From the NCBI GenBank assembly GCA_963827755.1, contig CAWHCQ010000021.1, positions 105,428 to 169,427 of the forward strand: a DNA stretch of 64,000 nucleotides, in the 5' to 3' direction. The DNA is from an uncultured Gammaproteobacteria bacterium (lineage in GTDB: Bacteria; Pseudomonadota; Gammaproteobacteria; UBA9214). The notes below the pieces were generated by a model, which made no database searches, was not told where the DNA came from, and saw nothing but the letters and a program-made list of their open reading frames with translations. Of this stretch, positions 47,699 to 60,348 are shown in pieces. Position 1 is the first letter of the stretch. Every line of letters starts with the position of its first letter. The position numbers were made by a program, and so were the translations under genes.

Positions 47699-48429
47699 CA
47701 GATGATCATGCCGTAGGCCATGACGAAGATCATCGGGGTCAGCGAGGCAAATGCGATCAGGCCGAAGCCGTCGACCATCGGGTTGCGCCCCTTGATACTT
47801 TCGGCAAGACCGACACCGAGTGCCGTGACCAGCGGTACGGTGACGGTGGAGGTGGTGACGCCGCCTGAATCATAGGCAATGCCGATGATTTCCGGTGGTG
47901 CGAAGGCCGTCATGATCACCACGCCGATATAGCCACCGATAATCAGGTACTGGATCGGCCAGCCCCTGACAATGCGGTAGACACCGGCGACGATGGCGAA
48001 GCCGACGGACAGTGCCACGGTGATGCGCAGGCCCAGGGCATAGCTGTCGATGGCCTCGGGCTGGTCCGCGATGGCGCCACCAGCCGCCGCAATCCGGGCG
48101 GCCTCACCGGCCACCGCGGTCAGTGCCGGTTCGGCGATCGTGGTGCCGAAACCGAGCGCAAAGGCAAATACCAGCAGCCAGGGGAGGTTTGCCTTGCGTG
48201 CGAAGGCATAGGCAATGGATTCACCGATCGGGAACAGGGCCTGTTCCAGGCCGCGGACGAAAAACGCCAGGCCCAGCACGACCAGCAGACAGCCGCTGAT
48301 CACGCGCGCCAGGTCGGGGAACGGCTGCTGTATGACGACCAGCTGGAAGAAGGCCACAACCAGGACGATTGGCAGCAGGTCGCGCACGCTGGAGAGAATG
48401 GAATCAATAAAGTGGCGTAGCTGTTCCAA
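47698..48429 (-). CDS. DUF1538 membrane protein
   Basis: [39 protein letters not shown]. Confidence 0.9.
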   Translation of the reverse strand: MEQLRHFIDSILSSVRDLLPIVLVVAFFQLVVIQQPFPDLARVISGCLLVVLGLAFFVRGLEQALFPIGESIAYAFARKANLPWLLVFAFALGFGTTIAEPALTAVAGEAARIAAAGGAIADQPEAIDSYALGLRITVALSVGFAIVAGVYRIVRGWPIQYLIIGGYIGVVIMTAFAPPEIIGIAYDSGGVTTSTVTVPLVTALGVGLAESIKGRNPMVDGFGLIAFASLTPMIFVMAYGMII

Positions 48430-48549
48430 TTCTGCGGTTCCCCTGTTGCAAATGGTGTCTTTGCGATATCCTGCTTTTTATCGGTCGACATAACAGCCGT
48501 GCGGCAGCCTGTTTTTCCGGCATGCACGTATCATGGCAAGAGACGATAG

Positions 48550-48876
48550 ATGATAACTGGTTTGCGAAAATACGCCTACCTGATTTCGGCGCTGGCCATT
48601 GCCTGCTTCTTCCTGTTTCCGGAACCGAGTATCGCGATTATCGGTGCCCTGTTGCTGCAGACGCTGGCCTTCATCATGATTGCCGGACAATCGACGGCTG
48701 ACGGTATTGTACTGACCGGTATCACGATACTCCTGATCGGCTTTATGCCTGCCGACCATCCGCTGATCAGGGGGCCGTATCTCGATGACATCAGGCCCTG
48801 GATTCTGGTTACCGGCATCGTTGTTCTCGTTATCGGCCTGCTGCTGATGCGCAAGCAGGTCCATCACGGCCATTGA
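48550..48876 (+). CDS. Small hypothetical membrane protein
   Basis: Three to four hydrophobic segments, C-terminal HHGH. Confidence 0.6.
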   Translation: MITGLRKYAYLISALAIACFFLFPEPSIAIIGALLLQTLAFIMIAGQSTADGIVLTGITILLIGFMPADHPLIRGPYLDDIRPWILVTGIVVLVIGLLLMRKQVHHGH

Positions 48877-48915
48877 TCCTGCATAACCGTGGCAAGCAAG
48901 CCGCTGTCATGGCCG

Positions 48916-51395
48916 CTAGAGGTCCGTGTGCCGCAATCTCAGGGAATTGCTGATCACCGACACCGAGCTGAAGCTCATTGCCACGGCCGCGATCATCGGC
49001 GATAGCAATATCCCGAACAGCGGATACAGCACACCTGCCGCGATCGGCACGCCCAGCGAGTTGTAGATAAACGCGAAAAACAGGTTCTGCCGGATATTGC
49101 GCATGACTGCACGGCTCAGGTGCCGCGCCCGCACAATGCCGCGCAGGTCGCCTTTCACCAGGGTAATGCCCGCACTTTCCATGGCGACATCGGTACCGCT
49201 GCCCATCGCAATGCCGACATGTGCCTGTGCCAGTGCCGGCGCGTCGTTGATGCCATCGCCGGCCATGGCGACGGTGCGGCCCCCGGCCTGTAACTGCCTG
49301 ACGATATCCGCCTTCTGCTGCGGCAGGACCTCGGCCTCGACGCGGTCGATGCCGAGTTGTTCGGCAACGGCCATGGCCGTGGTGCGGTTATCGCCGGTCA
49401 GCATGACGACCTCGATACCTTCCGCGTGCAGCTTGAGAATGGCCTCGCTTGCAGAGGCCTTGACCGGATCGGCCACACCGATCAGCCCGGCGGGCTTGCC
49501 GTCAATTGCAACGAACATGACGGTCTGCCCTGCCGCGCGTCCTGTTTCGGCCTGTTGTGCAAGGGTGTCAGGATCGATGCCGAGATCTTCGAGCATCTTT
49601 CTGTTGCCAAGTGCCACCGGCCGCCCGTCAACCTTTCCGCTAACGCCCTTGCCGGTTAGCGCTGCAAATGCATCCGTTTGCTGCAGGCTGATACCCCTGG
49701 CTTGTGCGCCTTTTACTATTGCCCCGGCGAGTGGATGTTCACTGGCGCGTTCCAGGCTGGCGGCGAGCCGCAGGACATCCGTTTCTGTAAAGTCCGCGGT
49801 GGTTTCGACGCTGACCAGCACGGGTTTTCCTTCGGTCAGTGTACCGGTCTTGTCGACCACCAGGGTGTCGACCTTCTCCATGATTTCGAGCGCTTCCGCG
49901 TTTTTGATGAGTACCCCCAGGGTTGCGCCCCTGCCGGTGCCGACCATGATGGACATCGGCGTGGCCAGGCCCAGTGCGCACGGACAGGCGATGATCAGCA
50001 CGGCCACGGCATTGACCACGGCGTGGGCCAGCCGTGGCTCGGGGCCCCAGCAGGCCCGACACGACAAAGGCGCTGACCGCAACCGCGACCACGGCCGGCA
50101 CAAACCAGCCGGCAACGACATCCGCCAGTCGTTGTATCGGGGCGCGCGAGCGCTGTGCTTCACTGACCATCTGCACGATTTGCGCAAGCAGGGTGTCACT
50201 GCCGACTTTCTCGGCGCGCATCAGCAGGCTGCCGGTGCCGTTGACGGTGGCGCCGATGACGGCGTCACCCGTGGATTTTTCACGGAGATGGCTTCACCGC
50301 TGACCATGGATTCATCGACCGCGCTGTTGCCGTCCGGTGACGACGCCGTCCACCGGGATTTTTTCGCCGGGGCGTACGCGCAGCACGTCACCGGCCTGCA
50401 CCTGTTCGCAGCGGAATATCGGTTTCACTGCCATCCTCGTGAACGATGCGTGCGCGGTCGGGCGCGAGCCCCATTAACAGCCTGATGGCGGCGTTGGTCT
50501 GCCCGCGTGCACGCAACTCCAGCACCTGGCCGAGCAGCACCAGGGCGACGATGACGGCCGCCGCCTCGAAATAGACGGCAACCGTGCCATCGGCATGCTG
50601 CATGACGGGCGGGAAGACGGCGGGTGCCAGCAGGGCGACGACGCTGTAGCTCCAGGCGACGCTGACACCCAGCCCGATCAGGGTGAACATGTTGAGGTTC
50701 CAGCTGAGTACGGATTGCCAGCCGCGTACCAGGAATGGCCAGCCACCCCAGAGCACGACCGGGGTCGCCAGCAAAAACTCGATCCACTGGACCCGCACCA
50801 TGGTCAGACCGGCGGGCAGCAGGCCGGGCTGCATGTCGGCAATCATGGCGAGCACGAACACCGGCAGCGCAAGCAGCGTGCAGACCCGCAAGCGCCGGCT
50901 CATATCGATGAGTTCCTCGTTTTTTTCCTCGACGCTGACCGTGCGCGGCTCCAGCGCCATGCCGCACTTCGGGCAGCTGCCCGGTTCATCCTGCACGACC
51001 TCGGGATGCATCGGGCAGGTGTACTCGGTGCGCGTTTCCGGCGGGCGCACGGCTTCGGGCTCCAGCGCCATGCCACAAGACGGGCAGGCCCCCGGACCCT
51101 GCTGCCGGACCTCCGGACACATGGGGCAGATATAGTCGGTGGACGCGCCGGCTGGCGGTGCGGCCGCCGGTTCGGCAGGCGGGTTCAGGTAATGTTCGGG
51201 GTCGGCGGCAAATTTCCCCTGGCAGCCGCCGCAGCAGAAATAGTAATCGGTGTTTCGGTAGGCATAGTGGTGTTCGCTTGCCGTGGTGACGGCCATGCCG
51301 CACACGGGGTCAGTCAGCGCTGCTGTGGGTTCACCCTGTGCGTGACAGCAGCCCTGTTGGTCCACTGAACCGTCTGTTTTATTTCCGTCACGCAT
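48916..51395 (-). CDS. copA: Cu(I)-type P1B ATPase with YHS and CPM(H/C) metal-binding domains (frameshifted)
   Basis: [48 protein letters not shown]...MSFSS. Confidence 0.9.
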
Positions 51396-51609
51396 GCTGG
51401 TCTCCTTTGGCGCGCGCCTGCTGGATCGGCGGGCAGGGTAGCGTACCGTAGGAGCAGAACACGCAGCAGTCCCCCGGCAGGGGTTTGAGCAGCGCGCCGC
51501 AGTGCCTGCATTCGTGGTAGTACAGGCACCTGTCCACGGGCATGGTCTCGCTGGACCGATGCCCGCATTGCGGGCAGGTCAGTTCCGATATCAGTTCAAC
51601 GTCCGGCAT
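51388..51609 (-). CDS. GDCCVxC-domain small Cys-rich protein
   Basis: CPQC...CRHC...PGDCCVFCSYG; GAGGAG RBS; overlaps the copA start. Confidence 0.9.
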   Translation of the reverse strand: MPDVELISELTCPQCGHRSSETMPVDRCLYYHECRHCGALLKPLPGDCCVFCSYGTLPCPPIQQARAKGDQHA

Positions 51610-51730
51610 GGATGGCTCCTCTTTCTCACATTGTGGTCCAGTCATGCCCTGATAAATACATATTCCCGCCATCAACAGCGTAGCACCCCGCCGTCACGAG
51701 CGTAGCCCCTGCCATCTCCAGGTGGCATCC

Positions 51731-51759
51731 CGTCATCGCGAGCACAACACGGCAATCCC
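51731..51759. repeat. Degenerate GTCAT(T/C)GCGAG...GCAATC palindromic repeat
   Basis: CGTCATCGCGAGCACAACACGGCAATCCC. Confidence 0.4.
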
Positions 51760-51986
51760 CCGAATTTGCCCGCTGCCCGAATGAGCGCCGCAGCGCAGTC
51801 CTTGAAAACCGCGCAGCCACGCTTTTGGCAGACGCACACGCTGCGGTATCCCTGCAAGCCATTGAATCAACATCAAATACGGCTTATTGCCCCCCCGGCC
51901 GCCGTGTGCCCGCCTGCTCAAGCTTGTCAACATCCGGTCGTTATTATCGTGTAATCCACACTAATGGGTTGGGACCGGTCCTGCCA

Positions 51987-53843
51987 ATGAATTTAACAAG
52001 CCTGAAAAATACCTGGAACAGGGAGCGTCTCGGGCTGCTGATGATCCTGGCCTCGCTGGGTGTTATTAGCGTGATCGTCAGCATGCTGTTCATTAACCAG
52101 CAGCGTTCCGAAGAGGTCCATATACGCGAGCAGGGCGCCAGCCTGGTGCGCCTGCTGTCGCGGATGCCGTTCTCCGAGGTCGTCCCCGGGGATGGCTCGC
52201 AGGGCGTCCTCTCCGTGCTCGAGAATATCAAGGAGAGGTCGGCGTTCTCCTACCTCGCGATCGTCGATACCGATAACCGTCTGCTCTCGGAGATTATCCT
52301 CCCGGGCGTGGTGGTGCCTGCTGCCCCGTTGTCGGCGAACCCCGCCTCCTGGCTCGGTGAGCGGATGCTCGCGCAGGCCGATAACGGAAACGAGATCACA
52401 GAATTCCATGCACCACTGCTCGATAACGGCCTGCTGGCCGGGCATGTCCGGCTCGGCTTTCTGAAGCCCGGCATCGGGATCGGCATCGAACAGCTGCCGT
52501 TCCTCGCGACGCTGGCGCTGCCGATTTTTCTGCTGACGCCGCTGTTCTATTTCCTCGTGCGCCGCGAGGTGCGGCCGCTGCAGAAGGTCAACCGGCAACT
52601 CGACGAACTGGTCGAACGCGGCAGCCTGAACAAGGTGGAGATCAGCGCGACCGGTGAAATGAAGGAATTCATGGGACGCTTCAACGGGTTCATCGATTCG
52701 GCCCGCGAGCGGATCAACCGGCTGGAGTCGGAAAAAAATACCCTGGAAACGTCCACGAAGCTGCTTTCCTACAACCGCTCGCGCATCGATTCAGTGCTGC
52801 AGTCCCTGCCGGATGCGGTCATGGTAATGGATGAGTCAGGTACCGTAAGCCTTGCCAATGCCAGGTTCAGGAGCCTGCTGGGTGTACCGCTGGAAAACGT
52901 CATCGGCAAGCGGCCGCTGGACTGGTCAAAAGACAAGAACCTGGTCGCCTTTCTGGCGGGCTGCAGCGGTAAATCAGGCCGCGGCTTTAGCCTCGAAAGG
53001 TTCGTGTATTCGCCCGAGCGCTCGCCGGAAAAGTCGATCGCCGTCATGCCGCTGCCGCTGTTTTCTCCAAAGGATGACAGCCAGGTGCTCGGTGCGCTGG
53101 TGGTGTTCCGCGACATTACGGCGGAAACACTGGCCAAGCAGAGCAGCAGCGCATTCGTTGCGCACGTCGCGCACGAGCTGAAATCACCTCTGAATATTAT
53201 TGCCATGTACAGCGAAACCATACTCGGAGAAGATGGCGAGAGTCCGGAATTCCGTATCGAGGCCGGCAATATAATTCACGACGAAACAGAAAGGCTGTCG
53301 GGGCTGATCGACAACATTCTCAATATCACCAAGATCGAGATGGGCGGCATTGCGCTCGACCGGCAGCGCTGCAAGATCGGCGAAATGCTGCAGGATACCT
53401 TCGACGCCTGTGCCCGTGACATGCGCGGCAAGGAACTGGACCTGCAGATCAATATACCCCATGAGATGAGCGCGGTCTCGATCGACAAGAGCCTGCTGCG
53501 TATCGCGGTGAATAACCTGCTGACCAACGCCATCAAGTACAGTAACGCCGGCGGCCAGGTGACCCTGTCGGCTGAAGAGAACGATATCACCATTCTCATC
53601 AAGGTCAGGGACAACGGTATCGGTATATCAGCAGAAGAGCAGGAAAGGATTTTCGACAAGTTTTACCGCTCGGAGTCAGCAGCAGCGCAGAACCGCAACG
53701 GCCATGGCCTCGGACTGGCGCTGGCGCGGGAAATCGTCCACCTGCACCACGGCACGTTGAGGCTCGAGAGCACGCCGGGCGAAGGCTCCGAGTTCGTAAT
53801 CGAGTTCAGAAAAGAAACACAATTATTGAAGCAGGCGGTGTGA
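51987..53843 (+). CDS. Membrane sensor histidine kinase (HAMP-PAS-HisKA-HATPase)
   Basis: Two TMs, AHELKSPL H-box, NLLTNAIKY, DNGIGI, GHGLGL. Confidence 0.93.
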   Translation: MNLTSLKNTWNRERLGLLMILASLGVISVIVSMLFINQQRSEEVHIREQGASLVRLLSRMPFSEVVPGDGSQGVLSVLENIKERSAFSYLAIVDTDNRLLSEIILPGVVVPAAPLSANPASWLGERMLAQADNGNEITEFHAPLLDNGLLAGHVRLGFLKPGIGIGIEQLPFLATLALPIFLLTPLFYFLVRREVRPLQKVNRQLDELVERGSLNKVEISATGEMKEFMGRFNGFIDSARERINRLESEKNTLETSTKLLSYNRSRIDSVLQSLPDAVMVMDESGTVSLANARFRSLLGVPLENVIGKRPLDWSKDKNLVAFLAGCSGKSGRGFSLERFVYSPERSPEKSIAVMPLPLFSPKDDSQVLGALVVFRDITAETLAKQSSSAFVAHVAHELKSPLNIIAMYSETILGEDGESPEFRIEAGNIIHDETERLSGLIDNILNITKIEMGGIALDRQRCKIGEMLQDTFDACARDMRGKELDLQINIPHEMSAVSIDKSLLRIAVNNLLTNAIKYSNAGGQVTLSAEENDITILIKVRDNGIGISAEEQERIFDKFYRSESAAAQNRNGHGLGLALAREIVHLHHGTLRLESTPGEGSEFVIEFRKETQLLKQAV

Positions 53844-54253
53844 TCATGAAGCGTATCCTGATTGTTGATGATGAACCACATGTAATCCGCGTGATGCGCC
53901 TGGCGCTGGAGCGGGCCGGCTACGAGATAAGGGAGGCGGGAAACGGCGAGGTGGCGCTGCAGCGCATTGCCGAGGAAATTCCCGACGTCATGATCACGGA
54001 TATCGATATGCCGCGCATGAGTGGTGAAGCACTCTGCATGGAAATACAGCGCACGATGCCGGAGCGGACATTCCGCATCTACGTGCTGACAGCGCGCGCC
54101 GAGCTTGAACACCGCGAGTGGTCGGCAGCCATGCCCAACCTGGATTTTATGGAAAAACCCGTCAGTATCCGCAAGCTGATTGCGCGCCTGGAGAACTTTT
54201 TCAGGGATGACTCCGAACAGGACCAACAGCCACGGAGCATGACCGCGCCGTGA
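53840..54253 (+). CDS. Single-domain response regulator
   Basis: ILIVDD, ITDIDMP, EKP. Confidence 0.92.
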   Translation: MIMKRILIVDDEPHVIRVMRLALERAGYEIREAGNGEVALQRIAEEIPDVMITDIDMPRMSGEALCMEIQRTMPERTFRIYVLTARAELEHREWSAAMPNLDFMEKPVSIRKLIARLENFFRDDSEQDQQPRSMTAP

Positions 54254-56445
54254 AGCCTGCCTGGTTCGATAGATACTTTTTCCTGCTCGAACGGCTGGTG
54301 CCGCAGGCAGAAGGCCTTGTGGCGTGTGATGCGACGGGGAAGGTCATATCCATGCAGGGCGGATCAGCGGATGTCTCGGTTGGCGACTACCTGCATATCG
54401 GCCCCGGCAGCGGCGTAGACGACGCAGACCAGCCTGCCGGTACAGCTACACTGAATGCCGCGGACGGCAGCGTGCTTTTCCGTCGCGATATTTCATGCAG
54501 TACAGGCACGCATGCCGGTGCCTTGCTGGTCTATATGAGCCCCGGGTTCCCGGCGGATGATCACGCTGCAATTCTTGCCTGTGCAGAGTCGATCGATGCG
54601 GTAGCCGACTGCATCGCCAGGGAGAACGACCTGACAGCCGAGCTGGATGCGATGTCGCAGGAGCTGGCCGGTCGTTACGAAGAGCTGAATCTCGTCTATG
54701 ACACCAATGACGATGTCATCGAGTATCATCATGAAGTCGACACCATCAATCAGTTGTTGCGCAACTGCGTCGAGTACCTCGACGTCGGACTGGTGGCGCT
54801 GATTTCACCCGGGCAGGATCCAATTCACTACGCGGTATCGGCATCAGACCCGGTCATGGATCCGTATCCCCTGCTGAGTTCTTTTTCCCCGGACCTTTTT
54901 TCCAGGCTGAGTTTCGACCAGTCGTGCCTCATTTTCAATAAAGTGCCGGACCCGCTGCGCGCGCCCCTGTCGCTTGATATTCCCTTCAAGGTGCTTACCT
55001 GTCCGGTGGTCAATGCCCAGGGCGTGGTTATCGCGGGCCTGGTGTGTCTGAACCGCCTGACGAGACCGGATTTTTTCAACAGCGACAAGAACCTGCTTGA
55101 CGTCATGTCCCGAAAGGTTTCGAAAATAATCCAGGTGAACCACGATGCCATGACCGGCCTGATCAACCTGCGGGCTTTCACCTTCGTCCTGCAGGATGCG
55201 ATGAATTCAGCGCGCACTAAAGGCGCATCCTACATTTACCTGAATATCGATCTCGACCAGTTGAGCATCGTCAACGACAACTTCGGGCGTACAGCGGGTG
55301 ATGCGGCGATCAAGCTGGTCGCGGAACTGCTGAAAGACAGGTTGCGCACGAAGGACACCATCAGTTACCTGGGCGAGGGCCGCTTCGGTATTCTTCTCGA
55401 GGCAGGGTCGCACGACCAGGGTATGAAGATCGCGGAAAACCTTTGCGCGGCCGTGGCGGAAACGCCGCTCGTACGGGAAGAAGAATCCGTCGAATTGAGC
55501 ATCAGTGTCGGCATGACGCTGATTGGGCCGGACGCAAAGAGTACGGATGCCATACTGGAGGCGGCCGAGCTGGCCCGCGATGCCGCGAAAAAGGCAGGCA
55601 GGAACCAGGTCAAGGTGTACAAGAACGACAGCAGCGAACTGACCGAGCGCAAGGAACAGATGCAATGGGTTGGCCGCATCCAGAATGCAATACGCGAAAA
55701 CAGGCTGGAGATCCATTGCCAGGAAATCCGGCCCACGACAGCAACAGGCGAGAAATATCACTTCGAAATACTGGTGCGCATGTGTGGTGACGACGGTGAA
55801 ACCATAGCGCCGGGTATGTTTATTCCGACGGCAGAACGATACAGCCTGATGCCCGCACTGGACCGCTGGGTAATCGACGCGAGCTTCGCGCTGCTGCAGA
55901 AAAACGGCATGGCACAGCACGCGCAGGAAGGCGTCGTTTCCATTAATTTGTCCGGCCAGTCGCTGGCAGACGAAGGGCTTGTCGGGTACATCGGGGAAAT
56001 GTTCAGCAAGTACTACCTGTTGCCGGACTGTATCTGCTTCGAAATTACCGAGACGGTGGCCTTCGGCAACATGGAGCTCGCCAGGGATATCATCAACCAG
56101 GTAAGAGCGATGGGCTGCCATTTCTCACTGGATGATTTCGGTACGGGGCTGAGCTCATTCAGCTACCTGAAGGAGTTGCCGGTCGATTATCTGAAGATCG
56201 ACGGCTCCTTCGTGCGCATGATCCTGGAAGACAATATCTCGCACGCCATGGTGTCTTCCATTAACCAGATCGGCCAGGTGATGGGCCTGAAGACCGTCGC
56301 TGAATTCGTCGAGAACGAGGAAATCGCCCGCGAGCTTGCGGTGATCGGGGTCAATTACCTGCAGGGATACTCGATTTGCGAACCGCTGCCGCTGCAGGAG
56401 TACCTCGATAACAACGGACTGGTAGCGGTATCCAGGACAGCCTGA
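54250..56445 (+). CDS. GAF-like / degenerate GGDEF / EAL c-di-GMP phosphodiesterase
   Basis: GEGRF replaces GGDEF; EIL, FEITET, DDFGTG, KIDGSF, AEFVE, QGY intact. Confidence 0.9.
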   Translation: MKPAWFDRYFFLLERLVPQAEGLVACDATGKVISMQGGSADVSVGDYLHIGPGSGVDDADQPAGTATLNAADGSVLFRRDISCSTGTHAGALLVYMSPGFPADDHAAILACAESIDAVADCIARENDLTAELDAMSQELAGRYEELNLVYDTNDDVIEYHHEVDTINQLLRNCVEYLDVGLVALISPGQDPIHYAVSASDPVMDPYPLLSSFSPDLFSRLSFDQSCLIFNKVPDPLRAPLSLDIPFKVLTCPVVNAQGVVIAGLVCLNRLTRPDFFNSDKNLLDVMSRKVSKIIQVNHDAMTGLINLRAFTFVLQDAMNSARTKGASYIYLNIDLDQLSIVNDNFGRTAGDAAIKLVAELLKDRLRTKDTISYLGEGRFGILLEAGSHDQGMKIAENLCAAVAETPLVREEESVELSISVGMTLIGPDAKSTDAILEAAELARDAAKKAGRNQVKVYKNDSSELTERKEQMQWVGRIQNAIRENRLEIHCQEIRPTTATGEKYHFEILVRMCGDDGETIAPGMFIPTAERYSLMPALDRWVIDASFALLQKNGMAQHAQEGVVSINLSGQSLADEGLVGYIGEMFSKYYLLPDCICFEITETVAFGNMELARDIINQVRAMGCHFSLDDFGTGLSSFSYLKELPVDYLKIDGSFVRMILEDNISHAMVSSINQIGQVMGLKTVAEFVENEEIARELAVIGVNYLQGYSICEPLPLQEYLDNNGLVAVSRTA

Positions 56446-56530
56446 CCATGGCACCGCAGTTACAGGCCGGCCGGCAGATCTTGAGAGCGCAAAAGGCGCT
56501 TCACACGAGTGCCGCCGGTGAGGGCCCTTC

Positions 56531-58576
<2,046 letters not shown>

Positions 58577-58587
58577 AGAGCTGACAG

Positions 58588-59712
58588 ATGCCCATCGAAA
58601 TCACCCGGTCCCCCGGCGCCGCCGACCTGAAACCTGCAGAGAAGCCTTCCCGTTCGCTGAATTCCCTGTTCAAAAAAAAGCCGGGCATGCAGGACCGTAT
58701 GTTCTTTACCGAACAGTTGTCGTTGTTGCTGGAGACGGGGACTGCACTGCACGTGGCACTGCAGGCGCTGAAAAAACAGGTCGAGAATCCAGCGATGGCC
58801 GCGATCATCGATGGCCTGTATGAAAAGATCACCGAGGGCAAGTCGCTGTCGTATGCACTGGCGCAATACCCTGAGCTGTTTCCGGCAACCTATATCAACC
58901 TGGTGAGCGCTGCAGAAGACGGCGGTTTCCTCGACCGGGTACTTCTGGAACTGATGCGCATGGACGAAAAGCGCGATGAACTCCGCAGTACCGTGGTATC
59001 GGCGCTTTCCTACCCGGCGTTCCTGGTCGGCTTCTCCATCTTCGTGGTGATCTTCGTGCTGGTTGCGGTGTTTCCGAAATTCGCGGACATGTTTGCCAGC
59101 ATTGCCGACAGGCTGCCGGCGACCACGATTATCCTCATGCAGGCCAGCGAGGTGCTGGTCAATCACTGGAAGCTGATCCTCGCCGGCGTGGTTGCGGCTA
59201 TCAGCCTGCTGGTCTGGTGGTTGCATACACCGGCCGGAAAAATGCTGCTCGATGGGCTCAAGCTCAGGGTCTACGGCGTGCGCGATATCTTTATCCAGAT
59301 CTACATCATCCAGTCGCTGCGAGTCCTCGGCCTGTCCATGGGCAACGGCGTCAGCATCCCGGACGCGCTGGCCTCCTGCCGGGAGGTGGTCAGCAACCGG
59401 GTATTCCAGCGTTTTCTCGTTGACGTGGAACACAAGGTCAACGAAGGCTCCGGTTTTGCGATCGCCTTCCAGCAGGCAGACTTTATCCCCCCCACCGTCA
59501 AGCAGATGGTGACCACCGGTGAAGAGACCGGCAACCTGCCGCGTGTCCTTGGCCGGGTCGCGGACTACTATGAACGCGAGCTGGCGAAAAAACTCGCCGC
59601 CTTCTCGCGCATGGTCGAACCCATCATGCTCATCGTCATGGGTGGCGTGGTCGGCCTGATCGTCAGCTCCCTGATCCTGCCGATCTTCAAGCTGTCGCAG
59701 GCCGTCGGTTGA
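58588..59712 (+). CDS. GspF/PilC-family platform protein
   Basis: FTEQLSLLLETG, ALSYPAF, GEETGNL, VEPIMLIVMG. Confidence 0.93.
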   Translation: MPIEITRSPGAADLKPAEKPSRSLNSLFKKKPGMQDRMFFTEQLSLLLETGTALHVALQALKKQVENPAMAAIIDGLYEKITEGKSLSYALAQYPELFPATYINLVSAAEDGGFLDRVLLELMRMDEKRDELRSTVVSALSYPAFLVGFSIFVVIFVLVAVFPKFADMFASIADRLPATTIILMQASEVLVNHWKLILAGVVAAISLLVWWLHTPAGKMLLDGLKLRVYGVRDIFIQIYIIQSLRVLGLSMGNGVSIPDALASCREVVSNRVFQRFLVDVEHKVNEGSGFAIAFQQADFIPPTVKQMVTTGEETGNLPRVLGRVADYYERELAKKLAAFSRMVEPIMLIVMGGVVGLIVSSLILPIFKLSQAVG

Positions 59713-59770
59713 TACCCCGTGATTGTGCGCAAGACGCATCTTCCCCAAATCGAGTGGGTAGATTACCGTT

Positions 59771-60081
59771 GTAGGGCCGAATTCATTCGGCCAACACGCC
59801 ATTATTGCCACTGATGACAAGCAGGTCACCCTGTCCTGCGACGCATTTGTAGGGCCGAATTCATTCGGCCAACCGGCCTACGACGCATTGCGCAGGAGGT
59901 GTCATTCCCTGCACCATCAAGTCTATTGCATCACCACGGTTACCCGCGGTCGTCACCTTTGGATGAGTGATGACGATGAAACACCGCTGGTCGAATGAAT
60001 TCGACCCTACAGGTGCGATTGGGAAACACCGCTGGTCGAATGAATTCGACCCTACGGCAGGGCCGAATTCATTCGGCCAAC
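59771..60081. repeat. GTAG-family REP cluster (five units)
   Basis: G(T/C)AGGGCCGAATTCATTCGGCCAAC at 59771, 59849 and 60057; inverted units inside 33-bp direct repeats 59978-60010 and 60023-60055. Confidence 0.85.
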
Positions 60082-60252
60082 AACCTTGCCATCAGAAGGA
60101 ATGTGTCTCGTCTAAATTGATGTGTTACCCACTCAATCAGGGGAAGAGCCAATATTACTAATTCTGCAGGTTGATCGAACTCCGTGGTCGGCCCCGGCAC
60201 CGGCGATAGGAAAATTCGAGCCCAACCCGTGGCTTACGGTCATAAAAAACCT

Positions 60253-60279
60253 TAAAGAAGCGATTTAAGACGCCGATAA
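60253..60279 (+). promoter_or_regulatory. sigma28 (FliA)-consensus promoter of the major pilin gene
   Basis: TAAA-N15-GCCGATAA exact match, ending 70 nt before the ATG. Confidence 0.7.
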
Positions 60280-60348
60280 CCACTTCATAGTACGGAAAGA
60301 TATACAGGCTGATTAATGATTTTTGACTACATAACGCGGAGAAACACC

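Noticed and set aside
48478-48504. ACCGATAA upstream of DUF1538 as a sigma28 -10
   Set aside because: No matching -35 element at 15-nt spacing
59978-60055. 33-bp direct repeats resembling a mini-CRISPR
   Set aside because: Only two copies, a 12-nt spacer, the unit is an inverted GTAG REP, and there are no cas genes
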